Positions 47,184 through 60,022 of a stretch of 64,000 nt of DNA are shown here, piece by piece. Source of the DNA: Psilocybe cubensis. Taxonomy: Eukaryota. The stretch is taken from assembly GCA_017499595.2 (NCBI GenBank), contig CM039008.1, forward strand, positions 2,046,001-2,110,000, in the 5' to 3' direction. The position numbers were made by a program, and so were the translations under genes. The notes under the pieces are model-generated. The model had not been told where the DNA came from. It worked only from the letters and a program-made list of their open reading frames with translations, and did no database searches. Position 1 is the first letter of the stretch. Each line of letters begins with the position of its first letter.

Positions 47184-49905
47184 CTACTGATTTTGACTAG
47201 GTCCGCGATTATGCATAGCTCGCGTTGTATTCATGACACGCCAGTTCAATTCTCTTTCTTTCTTTGTTTCGGGAACAGTACAAAGAAACTGCGGATCGAG
47301 TTCCAATTGCTCGCCAGTTAAGGAATCAGGCGAGCCGACGGTCCTGGCCACAACGGATAGAATAATGTTGATTTTCTTGGTTAGCTGATCTAGTCGGTGA
47401 TGAATGCGACGAACGTATTTGCCGCTGTGATCTCCTTTTATGACGACGAGAAGGTTGTTGTCGTGAATTGGATGAGGGTATTTAGGGGTGACCCAACGGG
47501 GTTCTAATGAAATCCATGTGTGATATTTTTTATGTCGGAGAACAACCTCGTTGCCATGAAGCTCGATAGACACTGCAATTAGCTGCTTAGAAAAATCTCC
47601 GCCGTCAACTACAGCATTCAGTTTAACTCCCACGAGTTTTGGGTTCAAGAGGACATGTGGGGGTGGTGCTGGAGGCATCCACAATGGATCAGACGCCACG
47701 GAATCAGATAACGGAGTTCTCGAAGAGGGGTCCCAAGCTGGACTAGGTGGAGAAGACAAATTATTTGGTGCTGGTGTCGGAAGGGGCGTTGCACTACCAG
47801 ACGGCCTCTCCATCAGATAAGGGTGATGGGCGGATGTATCATGACCTTGCTCGGGTTGCGGCGTAGACAAAGTTTGCGTTGGGGTAGGTCGAATATGACC
47901 CTCACCGGGATCAAGGAACAGGACGAGCTCAAGAGAAGATCTACGTTGAAAATAATGAGTGTTGCATGACCTGTGTGAGATGGAATGCGCTTACGCAAAT
48001 TCAACGACGTCGTCGTAACGGACTGATATTCTGTGAAATGGGGCATTCGGGTCGTATCGCGTCAACTGCATGTGCAACGTTATAGTATTGTCATCGAGAT
48101 TTTCCTTGACATCCTGAATTACTCCGTATTCGCCTTTTCGAGGATGGTGCTGCTTAGATATCTTCACTTTTACTCCACACCATGGATGTGGAGGCGTCTT
48201 GGGAAGGGGACCAGATTCTGGCTGGCGCACATAAGGGATTATGGCAGTTTGTTCTGGCTCGTGCTTGTGGTGCAGCACGACGGGCTCCTTTGCAATGTCT
48301 ACAAAGTTGACAAAAACCTCTGTTGACTGTCAAGAGATAAGTAAGCCAATAGAGTTGCAAAAGTAGAACGAATAACAAAATGGAGACCTCACTTCAATGA
48401 CCTCGTCACCATCCCTAAAATAAGTAGGTATTTCACCTTCAAACTTCTTGCTGACAAAATGAACTCGATCATCTTTGAGAGCAACTACCCAGCCTGTCTT
48501 GCCAGTATGATGTCCACCCCGTACACAAACATGTTGTCCGATTTTAACATCCTTCCTGATTTCTTGCCACGGCACACGTTTTGTTGGGTTGTCGGCTAGA
48601 GGTACACCGTGTGTCCCTATTTCGAGGACTTCCGCATAGTAGGTATCCATAACCTTCAAGATAGCTGGGGCAAAAAACGACGTAGAGGTTGAAGGGGTGC
48701 TGCAAATGAGAACCGCGTCGCCTTCTTTCAAAGTCCATTCGCGCGGGCGTGGCATATGCGAGCGATTAACTGCTGGGTGTTGGCTCATTCTAAACATGGT
48801 GTAGAAGTCATGGGGTATGTCCTTGACGTTAACTGTGAATGAACGGTGGTCCAAATTTTGGGCCAGAAGCCCTTGTTCGAAGTCCATATCGCGAAAGCAG
48901 TAGCAATCAGGCCCACGGCTCTGCACGTCGGTTGGGAAAAGCTGTCGAAAGTGATCCGGATCGAAGAGCTTAGCAGCCGGCTTAACAGTCGATGATTTTC
49001 GCTTGAGGGGGTTCTGTGGGGTCGTATGTAGCCGAGGAATGAGGAGAATACGGGCATGTTGAAAACTTTTTTGTGAAACCACGCCAACGTCTCCCTTGTA
49101 CAAGCCTTTCTTGATGACTACCCATGCACCGACGTCCACGGGACCATCCCTCATCCCAAGCACTTGACTATACTCTGAAGAGTCGATGAGCTGTCGTTTG
49201 ATACCCAAGCCGTTACGCAGTACACCTGGTGTCCGTAGAAGAAGGTCGACGAGGGCTTGGTTCATTTTACATTCGATATAGATACTGCCCTGTGTTGATC
49301 CTCGAGTGAATGCGGAACGAACCTGATGTACTTCCGAGACTGTGCTGAGCAGAGACATCACAGCCTGTTCTTCAATACCAACCTGCGAAGATCCATTCAG
49401 TTTAGAACGCCCAGTGTCAATAACGGTAGGGTACGCACTCTACATTCAACCCGCCACAGTGGATAATCATCCGCCCTAGGTATGTACAACAAACCATTGT
49501 CATGGAGTGTATCGTCTGGATCTTCAGGAATGGCGAATCCCCCATCTCCCGCGGCATTGATTCTGGACTCGATGCGCGAAATCAAGCGCTCTAATGCTCC
49601 CTCGGTATGCCTATGAACTGATAACTGGGTCGGTAGAACGGAATGCCCAACATCCGGGGGTGTATCATCGTCGATGAATCCATCTCAATGGCAAGGGTTA
49701 TATTAGTAGGGTAAATGTGTTTGAAGTATAATATTCACCTTCTCTATCTATTTCTCCGGATCCCGTCTGTTCGTCTTCCTCAGAAATTTCGTCGTCAACT
49801 TGAGCTTCGGTGTCCAGGAACTGGCGGATTCTGGGATCTATCTGTAATAATGTTACTAACCTAAACGGATTAAGATATCAAGGAATCATGACATACCTTC
49901 TTCAT
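47184..49905 (-). CDS. Divergent Spt5 (NusG-family) homolog: acidic N-terminus, NGN domain, several KOW motifs, vestigial CTR
   Basis: FLDTEAQVDDEISEEDE, GFIDDD, YIPRADDYPLWRVECRVGIEEQAVMSLL, SAFTRGSTQGSIYIE. KOW-like segments GAWVVIKKGLYKGDVGVV, IGQHVCVRGGHHTGKTGWVV and VKISKQHHPRKGEYGVIQDV. CTR-like SGSATP and SPAWDPSSRTP. Confidence 0.85.
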
Positions 49906-50505
49906 TGCGATTTTCGCGAAACACTCTGGTCTGCGCTACACTGCTTGTGCTGTGTGGTCATCAGCTGGTCGTTATTAAGACACGATCGCATCATATTTTC
50001 TTATTGTGCTCGTAGGTGGAGACTCGTTCAACTCATGTATTTTTGTTTTTTTTGTTATTCACGTACATCACCTCTAGCTAACTTCATACCAACATTGTTT
50101 AAAAACGTACCTATGGTTCTGCTACTCAAGGCTGTCGTTAACGTTGAGGAAAAGAGAAAGCGTGAGAATATGTTGAGTAGCTCAATATGTACCCCTCGGA
50201 ATTTCAAGCCGCTCAAGCCGATTATCGCGTGCGGTATTCTCCTCGGCAACGCGGCTTGAAAATTCCGGGGGTTCATCATGGCGTGGTCGGCATTTTCTCA
50301 CGGTTTCGTTCTCTTTCCACCCATAACACACCATGTCGCTCAGTGCGTAAGTAGTAGTAAATATATTTACAGTAGATCGTAAATATGTGTACAAATTAGT
50401 TTACAAACGAACGAAAGTCGGAACGATGGAGAACCGCCAAAATAAGACAGGAAACAGAAAAAACAGGAAACAGAGCAGAAGACGCTCAGATAGAGCAGAA
50501 GTCGC

Positions 50506-51071
50506 TCAGGGCATTGTGAAGGAGAGGTCCTTTGGGATGCGGAACCTTGGCTGTTGGCGAACAGTTTCCACAAACCTAGGTACTGTTAGCGTTCTTCTAT
50601 ACTCTCAGTATCGCCAGCTCACCTCTTCACTGCGTGGTCAGCCAACTTCCCATCCCGTATGGTGAAATTGACGAGGTCCAGACTTAGACCTTTGCGGAAC
50701 ACGACGACATCCCCTCTCCATCGTGCATTTCCCCAGCGTCTAAGAGATTTGTTGCGAGGCAGAAACTTGTGATTCTTAACGAAGATATGAAAGCGTGTAG
50801 TCCGCCCTTTGTTAACGATCGACACCACGCCGTCATGTATGTGTGGCTGCAGCGATTTCCCGCCCATCAATAAGTCCAGTCTAGGACTCCTCCCGCTCGC
50901 GTTTGCAAGAGTGTGTATTTTCTTCGTTACAGCACGGTTTGCATCGACCGCATAATATCTGGCATTAAGGGTCATATGGAGATCCTTGGTCGAAGTGAGT
51001 CGTTATTCATATAAACTTCGATTTCATCTCACCCTTGTAGTCGACCGGAAGGTCATCAACGATGATACCAT
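50506..51071 (-). CDS. Hypothetical small basic protein (3 exons)
   Basis: Clean spliced model MVSSLMTFRSTTR|DLHMTLNARYY...FHIFVKNHKFLPRNKSL...WRGDVVVFRKG...LADHAVKR|FVETVRQQPRFRIPKDLSFTMP. Confidence 0.65.
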
Positions 51072-51275
51072 GTCGGCGAAAAAGTATGGAGGTGGATGTG
51101 GCGGTAATTAGGGAGGAAAGTATGAGGCGCGAATACGGTTTGGCTGCTATCTTTTAGGTGAGTCCCTCTTTGTTTCCTTATTCCCGGTATTCACAAAGAG
51201 TTTTTGAATAAAGAGCCCCCATCTGAGTGTACAAAAGGTGACCTCGGGAAGGCAGGCATCCTCAGTATCATACCC

Positions 51276-54200
51276 ATGTCGTCCACCCGACGGGAAACGT
51301 TGCCCCTCAAGGAGAGGATCGTGGCCTTACTTACTCCTTCGGCAACTGGATCTTCCACTGATCAAGAACCCTCCTCAATGGACACATCACCTGATTACCC
51401 GACGGAACGTCTAGAACAAGTAGAACAAGGAGGAGCTGGAGCTACTTTGTCCAACGCTACGCCTTCTAATGTAGCGGTTTCTTTTCCAATTCCTCCACCC
51501 GGACCTGCCGCAGATGAACACGGTGCACGTACAGCCTCCATTGCTCCCTCTGTTTCTCAGCCCACCAATGGCGCTAGTTTGACCAATCAGGTTCCTGTAA
51601 ATGCGGTTATTCTCTTACCACCCCGGCTTGCTGCAGATGACCAGGGAGCCCAAGGATCTTCAGTCCCAAATCGTGTTGCTCCCTCTGTTTCTCAGCCCAG
51701 CAATGGCGCTAGTTTGACCAATCAAGCTCCTGTAAATGCGGTTACTCTCTTACCACCCCGGCTTGCTGCAGATGACCAGGGAGCCCAAGGATCTTCCGTC
51801 CCAGATCGTGTTGCTCCCTCTGTTTCTCAGCCCACCAACGGCGCTAGTTCGATCGATCAGGCGCCTTTCCGGTTTGCTACAGATGTTCGGGGTGCCCAAG
51901 GATCCTCCATTGCGAATAGTGTCTCTCGGCCATCCGCTGGACATATCCCACGGATTGGGTCTTCCGACGTGCTTTTTCCTGGACATTTCCGACAGAACGA
52001 GTCTTCCGCCAACACTAATCCTCCTCCGAACCCTGAAACGTCTATGGACATTGATCCTACACTACCTACGTCGTCAAATCCCAGTAGCACCTCTACATTT
52101 CCACGGTTTTTTATACCCGTTTTGTCTGGAAATTTGTTCAATTTCACTAGAAGTGATCCGAACCAGTCTAACCAGTCTAAGGCGAAGAAACGACGAGCTG
52201 CACCGGAAGACCATACCACCAAAGTCCAAGTCATCGAACAGAAAGACGTCGACATCGCAGAGCTGAGCAAGCAACAGGCACGTTACCCAAAATCTACTTT
52301 TCTTGTCATTTATGTATTCATTGCTTTTTTAGATCAAGCAGAGGGAAGAGGTGCTCAAGAAAATCATTGATGATGAACGAGCGGAAGTATGTTAATTTAT
52401 TTCCTATGTTGCAAGATTTGCGTATTTACCACCATCGTACAGCTAACTAAGTCGAAGAATGCCATCAAAAATGCTGAAAAGAAAGCAGAAAGGAGCAAAA
52501 AGGAGGTAGAGGCTGTACGTTCGCAGTATACCAAGCTGTCGAAGGCAATGCGGACGGAGAAGGAGAGCTCCAAAGGGCTTGAAGAAACTGTTAAAACTCA
52601 ACAAGGCGACCTCTCGTCAGCGTTGATCAAACTTCGGCGTGCAGAGTCCTTATCTAAAGCATACGACCGCCAGCGTCTTGAAGCTCAGGAGCGTCACGAG
52701 AAAACGAATGCCGATCTCGAAGCTGCGGTTGCTTCGCGAGGTCAACAACTCTTCGCACAAATCTCAGATTTAGAAAACGACATCGCTCGTCTGCAGCAAG
52801 AGAAATCCAGCGAAGTCAGTACGTTACAGCGGCAGCTCCAGCAAGCAAATTCGAGGATTGAAGATTTAAGTGCCTCACAAAATACAGCGGCCCTTGCACA
52901 GGAACAAATTAGCTCTCTTCAGCAACAGCTCCGGGACGCGAATTCGACAATTGAAAATCTCAACGCATCGCAACGTGCAGCAGCAACGTTACAGCAGCAG
53001 CTCCAGCAAGCAAATTCGAGGATTGAAGATTTAAGTGCCTCACAAAATACGGCGGCCCTTGCACAGGAACAAATTAACTCTCTTCAGCAACAGCTCCGGG
53101 ACGCGAATTCGACAATTGAAAATCTCAACGCATCGCAACGTGCAGCAGCAACGTTACAGCAGCAGCTCCAGGCAGCAAATTCGAGGATTGAAAGTTTAAG
53201 TGCCTCACAAAATACGGCGGCCCTTGCACAGGAACAAATTAACTCTCTTCAGCAACAGCTCCGGGACGCGAATTCGACAATTGCAAATCTCAACACATCG
53301 CAAAGTGCAGCACACGCACAGGACCAAATCAATGCTCTCCAACAACAGCTAGAGCGCGCAAACACGACACGTGTGGAAGATCAACAAACTATCACGGGCC
53401 TCAATGAACGGTTGCGTGTTGCGTCAAACGAGATAACCCGCCTTACAGCACAATTACAAAACCAGCGAGAGGAGTCGCAGAAACAGTATCATGCGCTCGA
53501 ACGCGATCTCAAGTCCCAAATGGATCTCCATCAACAAAAATCAGCGGACGCCGAGAACGCTCTGAAAGCAGAGCAAACTAACCGAATGGTTTGTCTGTCA
53601 ATCTTTAATCATGGCATTGTTGCTGATACAGAGCACAGGCCGAGATGAATCAAATGAAGGCCACTTACGAGGATACGGTGGTAGGATTCTAGTTTAGCCT
53701 ATGCCTCAACAAATCCGACTGATAAGGTATCATTATTAGTCCAGCCTGCGTCTCCAAGTTTCCAATCTGGCACAACAATGTCAGGCAAATCAAGGTCGCT
53801 TGAACGAGCTGGAATCAAGCAATACCGAATTCGGTAACACGACAAGTGCGTTGGAGGACATATTAAAGAACGAACGAATTAAGAATGAAGTAAATCTGTT
53901 CCCCTCCTTGTCAATCTTCGATTCTGATCACACCTCCAAGGTTTTGCAGGCTCGCATTAATTCAGTTATGAAGAACAGAACTCACAATACTGAGGATGAT
54001 TATGAACCAACGGAAATTAGGAGGTTGGATGCCCGGCGGAGGCTGGTATGTTAAACAATCCATTCGTACGTAGTACCTAATAATTTACCTCGATGTCTTC
54101 TAGATTGGGATCAACAAGCGCAATGCCGGGTTTTCTATACATTCACGAGTACGCAATAATGTATGTGGTGATCTTGTTGATCCTAACGAGGTATCTTAGA

Positions 54201-56172
54201 TTGCCCAGCGCGGACAATCAGCTGTTCCACCGTCAAATCCTCCTCAAAATGAAGCCTCGAGGGATGAAGATGACGAAATGGTAGATAGTTCTCCGCTCCG
54301 GAATTCGCCTCGAGCTCCCAATTCGTCACCCCCGCTGGACTCAGACGACGAACATATGGAAGATGGGACAACACACCAAAGACCTGTTCCAAGATCAGCA
54401 TCACCTCGGCGATATATAATTCCGGGTTTTTTTCCTACAAGATATACCACAATTCCACCATCTCAAAGACGCAGGGATTCTAACCGCGCGACCCCTATCC
54501 CTCCTACAGGTCAGTCAGCAACAGAGCGATACTTTGCCGCTGCTATGCAACGGCTAGGGCGCCTTCCCGCTTCAAACTCTACCATAGCGCCTACCTCTGC
54601 TACCTCTGCGGTGAATGATCCTTACCGTGCTGCCTATCAAGCTCGTCATGCGACCCGCCCTACTGTCAGTCCTGTCGTTGATCGTACAGTTCCAGCGATG
54701 CCTACCACGCCAACCACGCCAAGACATTCGGCCTCCGAAGTGCGAACGTCTAACACATCTGTCCCTCCCAACTCCTCAACTGCAAATCCTCAACTCGCTG
54801 CCTATCAAGTGCGTCATGCAAATCGCTCTGGTGCCAGTACAAATCCTCAACTCGCTGCCTATCAAGCTCGGCACGCAGAACGCTCTGGTGCCAGTGCCCA
54901 GCGCGCAAAATCTCCTGCCACTGCTCAGCCGGCTCCTCCGATGGCCAACACGCCAAGGCATCCGACTTCGACCGTTACGGCTCCCAATATGCCTTCAGAC
55001 GATGATCAGCACCCTTCGCCACGACCCAATACCGATAACATGCTGATTGAATGTATACAAACTATGACTGCCAGTGTCAACGGCTTGCGGGATGATTTGG
55101 CAAACGGAAGAGGACCCAGAGTACGTCAGACGCCTACGAAAGTCAAGTCTCCCTTCAAAGAGAAGGCTCCAGCTAGGCCTCGTACAATTGACCGCACACA
55201 GTTGACGGTATAGTTTTTACTACCTATATATCAATGCTTTACTTAAGCCCAGAATTTTTAGCAAGCAGTGCGCCTACATCTGCGCAAATGTCTCGATCTC
55301 CCTGCAGATCATCGTGACAGCCAAATCTACTCCGATCTTGATAATATTCACATCGCCGACGAGGTTGAAGTGGATCGTTTAGAGCGCCGACGACGAGATC
55401 CTCCGACGATGACACCTTTCCAGTTGTATTTTGACAGAGTCAACACACAATGGAACCGTCACATGGCAAACCTCTTTGCAGATTCTTTAGTGCGACAATA
55501 TCCAGAATATCGGGGGCAAGAGGAAGAAATTGAACAATGTTTCCTTCGGCGTCTCACTACTCTAAGGGATTACATGTCCAACGCCATGCCACGGGGGGAT
55601 GAAACTGAACAGGATGCGGGAAATAGACTGTTGATGGAGAAAGAGGGACGCGACCGGTTTAAGCGGGTTCGTCGTCGTCAGACTAAAGTAAGCTATCAAG
55701 TTAGTCCGAATTCCTTGCTCTAACGGCCTTTACTTTGCAGCTGTATGAGACCCGTGTTGATAGTGCTCAACAGGCGAACATGCCAAATCATGCGCGGACC
55801 ATTGTGACGCTAGGAGATGATGGGATGAGTTCCGACGAGAGCGATTCTGAAGAGCGCGGAATCCGAAGCGTTAGGATATTATATTGGCGAAATCCACGGC
55901 TACTGAACACCGTGACGGATGCCGATAATGCTTTGCCAGCCACGACTGCATATGGTGGTAGGCGCCCCGGAGGTCAACCTGATGTCCGTCAGCGGTTAAG
56001 GCAAGGGCAAAATTACAGTACGAGGCCTGCCCCAACTAGACTCCCCATAAACTACTACAATCCGGTCTGGTTGAATACTTTATCCGACCTTGAACTACGA
56101 TTGCTAGACCCCCAGGCCGCTCAACCATTTCCAGGGGAGGACGACGAGGTGAATCCTGCAATCTATACCTAA
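51276..56172 (+). CDS. Large multi-exon coiled-coil protein with internal tandem repeats and a compact C-terminal domain
   Basis: Chain of same-strand ORFs (51204, 52389, 53800, 54278, 55268, 55735) separated by short GT-AG introns. C-terminus LGDDGMSSDESD...YWRNPRL...LPINYYNPVWLNTL. May be more than one gene. Confidence 0.65.
51541..51860 (+). repeat. Coding tandem repeat, 135-bp (45-aa) unit, about 2.4 copies
   Basis: TTGCTCCCTCTGTTTCTCAGCCCA at 51541, 51676 and 51811. Confidence 0.95.
52821..53312 (+). repeat. Coding tandem repeat, 165-bp (55-aa) unit, 3 copies
   Basis: ACGTTACAGC at 52821, 52986 and 53151; unit TLQQQLQQANSRIEDLSASQNTAALAQEQINSLQQQLRDANSTIENLNASQRAAA. Confidence 0.97.
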
Positions 56173-56777
56173 CATTTCGTGGCGCGCAACTTTTCATAAT
56201 TGTTACATATCAAAATTCTTCTACTTAGACTAATATAGCGGTTTCGTGGTCCATGTTATCAGTAGCTTGAAAGTTTGTTTTCCGATCAATTTACCTTTAA
56301 TTCTTGTTATGAGCGTATTTTCTTTCGTCACTGAGCGAGTAACATTATTTCTCAGGCCATCTCCATGCCATCTCCAGGTTTGAACGCTCTTTCTAGTCTT
56401 GATCGGCATCAAAACATCGCGCGCGTTGGCCATGGGTTCCGTCGCGCGCAAAAACAATTAAACCGACCTAGGAATGGATGTCTATTTGCGTATGCAGTGA
56501 ACTTTACACAACGGAAAATTATTGCACTAAGTATTCATAGAGCCAAAACTAAATATGATTTACAAGAAAAACATTATTGCGGGACTAAGTATCGAGATGA
56601 GACTGAGGAAAGAAGAAAAAAAATAGAAGCATGAGTGGAACTTGGGTGCGAAGATATACGAATAACCGAGATGCTACTGCCAAGCTGGAACGCCTTTGCA
56701 CATTCCGCACTACAAGGTAATCAGAACAGAATCGGTGAACAAGCAGTTAAAATATACGAACAGGTTGGAGTCCTGTC

Positions 56778-57365
56778 CTAGTAATATTCCAATTCACGAG
56801 GACCCAATCGCGAGGTCTCGGCGGAAGGACCGTACGGGTCGACGTCTGTAACGAGATATATATTTTGGCCCGATCGATGGAGGAAGCGATATCGACAAGG
56901 GTTTTGAAGTCCATGGATTCTCTGCAAGAACTTTAAGATTCAAAGGTAGCACGCCGTAAAAAAACTGCATACCTCCATGATGTTTATGTCGTTTTGCGAC
57001 CAAATATGGTCGATTGCTTCCAGAATATTGGCAGTTGTCGGCGTATATGAATTAGCGAAAGAACCGTCGAGGAGGCTGCGGACTGTATTGACAGATACTG
57101 GCATGGAAACGATATAACGACGTTCGCTTCGCAGTCCGGAGCGCAATAATGGGGCAGGGCGTGAGCTCAAATTATTGAGGTTTAAAAGGTGTGGAGAAGG
57201 GTTGTAGACAACCGTGTAATAATCGTAAAAAGTGAACACAGCGAGCAACGTCATGGGTGAAAAAAGCGCGAGAAAGAACCATAAACCATTGTGTGTTAAA
57301 ATGCCTATGCCGACCAACATGGTGCCTACGACAAGCGTTGTGACAGCGAAGCATAAAATGCCCAT
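56778..57365 (-). CDS. Hypothetical membrane protein (two N-terminal hydrophobic segments)
   Basis: MGILCFAVTTLVVGTMLVGIGIL...LWFFLALFSPMTLLAVFTFY within ORF 56940-57449; a plausible intron near 56973 extends the frame to a TAG at 56778. Confidence 0.45.
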
Positions 57366-57916
57366 GATGGTGGATGGGTGGAACGAGGTGGGAGTTGGCT
57401 TCACATTAGATCTTAGCCTATTTAAACACTTTCGAGGTTTAAAACACAAAGGACATACGAAACAAAGAGATAGACGTTCGGGACTTTAAACTATTCATTA
57501 AGATCTTCACGAGACAGTCCGTGACCCTAATGCGGGCCTGACGCGCCTTCTACGCGACCTGACATTCAAATAAAGTAAGTTGCCTGCAATACAGAATTAT
57601 TTTCAGTTGAAGGTGCAACTTATGGGGAGACTTTTTCACATAAACCCTTATGGTTGCATTCGTTCATAGAAAGTCGCGGTAAAATTAAATAGAACCAGTG
57701 ACTCTGACATTGTTACAAACTCATGAATTATTAGAACAGGAAGCATGGCGCAGGAACTTAATACCCTTGCTCGAGATTATCTTTCCTCCGATCGTTGACG
57801 TTGATGTTGTTGCATATATTGGAGATGGGGTGTCAATTCCGAATAGGTAGATATTTTCTCAGGGGGTATCGGTGATCGCTGTGGGGAAATTCTTGATAAG
57901 TACAAGGCAATGCGAA

Positions 57917-58471
57917 CTATACGGAAGCTGAACGTACTGCTTGTATCCCGACTATATCTTCGGGAGGGCCTTCTTGATACATGATCTGTTGAAGGTAGGG
58001 ACAAAGTTGGCAAATATACGGGCACGGATGAGGCTCGAAGTTCGATCGATTAGTGGAGGAAGCCCCGGGGTCAATTGTGGGATGTTGAACTCGGACCAAA
58101 ATACTCAGATAATCACTTGGAAGAGTGACGTCGAGTAGCTCAGGTGGCCGAGTGAGTGAGACCTGATTGTATGGCAAAGGACTTCGGTTTGCATTATTTG
58201 CGAGTGATACGTGTGATCGATAAGTAAAGCGTTGGTTATACGGGGGGTTTCGATTTGCATTATTCATGGACTTCGTGCAACTGGGGCATTTAGGGTGCCC
58301 ATCGCCGTCTGGAAAAGGTAGATGGGAATAGGTTGGTACAGATTGAGCGGGTGATGTGATGACATGAAATTGCCGCAATTGCTGCCGCTGTGTGTCCGGG
58401 AAGTGATAGTGGTTTCTGGCGCAATATCCGTCTCCCGATTCCATAGTTTTGTAGATGGTAGCAGACGACAA
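57917..58471 (-). CDS. Possible hypothetical protein
   Basis: 184-aa ORF with CPSC and a duplicated NNANRxP(L)PYNQ motif; no family recognised. Confidence 0.3.
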   Translation of the reverse strand: MSSATIYKTMESGDGYCARNHYHFPDTQRQQLRQFHVITSPAQSVPTYSHLPFPDGDGHPKCPSCTKSMNNANRNPPYNQRFTYRSHVSLANNANRSPLPYNQVSLTRPPELLDVTLPSDYLSILVRVQHPTIDPGASSTNRSNFEPHPCPYICQLCPYLQQIMYQEGPPEDIVGIQAVRSASV

Positions 58472-59100
58472 AAGTCGTGGGGAAGGGAGAATCGCAACTT
58501 TTATCCTGTGACTTTCGAGCGACCCTGGATAGTTTAGTTACCTTGTAGTTACCTAATCTTATCTCCACAACAGTTGTACTCACAGTGTAACGTTATGGCA
58601 GATACAATAAGTTATTGAAGTTCGGCCGGCGTGTTCAAACGTGTCTAGATAAGTTAGAATCAAGCTTGGGTTTCGATGTGTTCAAGACTTACTTGTCAAA
58701 ATGGGCTCGGAAGCGGATCATAGCTCATGTCTAATTTGTCTTCTGACAGAAAACTTCCATTAAACTTTCGGAGACGATGTGCATCCTCACAGTGAGCGAC
58801 TATGACTTTAAAATTGAGACATAGGGATTTCCACATTAAGACATTTGATAATGGTATGGGAAGAAAGGTTGTACAGGAAACGAGCGACGGGGTAAAGAAA
58901 AGCAATGTCAACGAGTTTCAAACCCGAATAGTATGCAATAACAGATGCAGGAGGAAAGGAACGTGGATTAGAGTCGGACATGAATAGTGCATGTGGAAAT
59001 GAACGTGAAAAAAAGAGTAGAGAGGAGAGACCATTACAAATAAAGGAAGGACAGGTATAACAAGCCAGGGCACAATGGTATAGAGTTGGGGGGAGGGAAT

Positions 59101-60022
59101 TCAGGCCTCTTCATCGCTACCACTGCCGCCCTCGCTAGACGATTCATGCGAGCCCTCTTGGTTATTGATAGCTTTACGAACGCGCACAGCCATTTTCCGC
59201 CCTTCTACCCGTCGCGAGGCTTCAGATTTGTATTTGAGGATCAATTTCAGGGCACTCTTGACAGGCCAACAGTTGTCGTAATTAGCCAAAACAGGCCAGT
59301 GCTCGGGACGCATAGCCTGCAAAACATGAGATAAGTTGAGCAGAACTGAAACCAGAACACACCTTGTTGCATATTCTCTCAATCAGTCTCGGGTTTTGCG
59401 ACCGATAACTAGCATCGAGCCGGAGAGTCTTGGTCGCCTCTCTGCGAAGCCAATCCTGTGTGATAGAGTAAAGAAAAGACATATAGGACGAACGAAATAA
59501 ACTTACCTGCAGGGTTTCAACGTCCGATAAGGCCCAGTCGTGCTCGCCCACAAGTACATCTTCCAAATTAAAACCACCCGATCCTGGGCGACCGGGTTCA
59601 CCTGGGGGCTTCCGGATAATGATGACTTTTGAAGTGCCTACTGGCGCAGACGAGGGCCCTGCGGTAGCGACACCTTGAGCGGGTAAAGTGGTTTGCGACG
59701 GCCCTGCCGTCGCAGCAGGGTTCGGAGGGTCTGGGTTCGGAGAGTTGGCAGACGAGGAAGTTGACTGTGAAGGGTTAGCAGGTGCAGGGGCAAGTGAGGG
59801 GTCGTCGTTATCGTCAGGTAAATCAGCGGAAGACCTCCTTGGTTCCCAATTAATCCTCATGGCTGTTTTGGGAACAGGAGGAGCAGAACGAGAGACTGGT
59901 GTAAAGTTGATATGCGATGTTACCATAGGGTGGTGAAATCCGATATAGGGTTCGGAGACGGCCATGGGGACAGGTTCCACCAGGGAACCTGATGACGAAG
60001 CTTGACGAGTAGTGTTCTCCAT
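59101..60022 (-). CDS. Hypothetical protein: P/S-rich N-terminus and folded C-terminal domain (3 exons)
   Basis: RKPPGEPGRPGSGGFNLEDVL...|DWLRREATKTLRLDASYRSQNPRLIERICNK|AMRPEHWPVLANYDNCWPVKSALKLILKY, joined by canonical introns. Confidence 0.7.
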
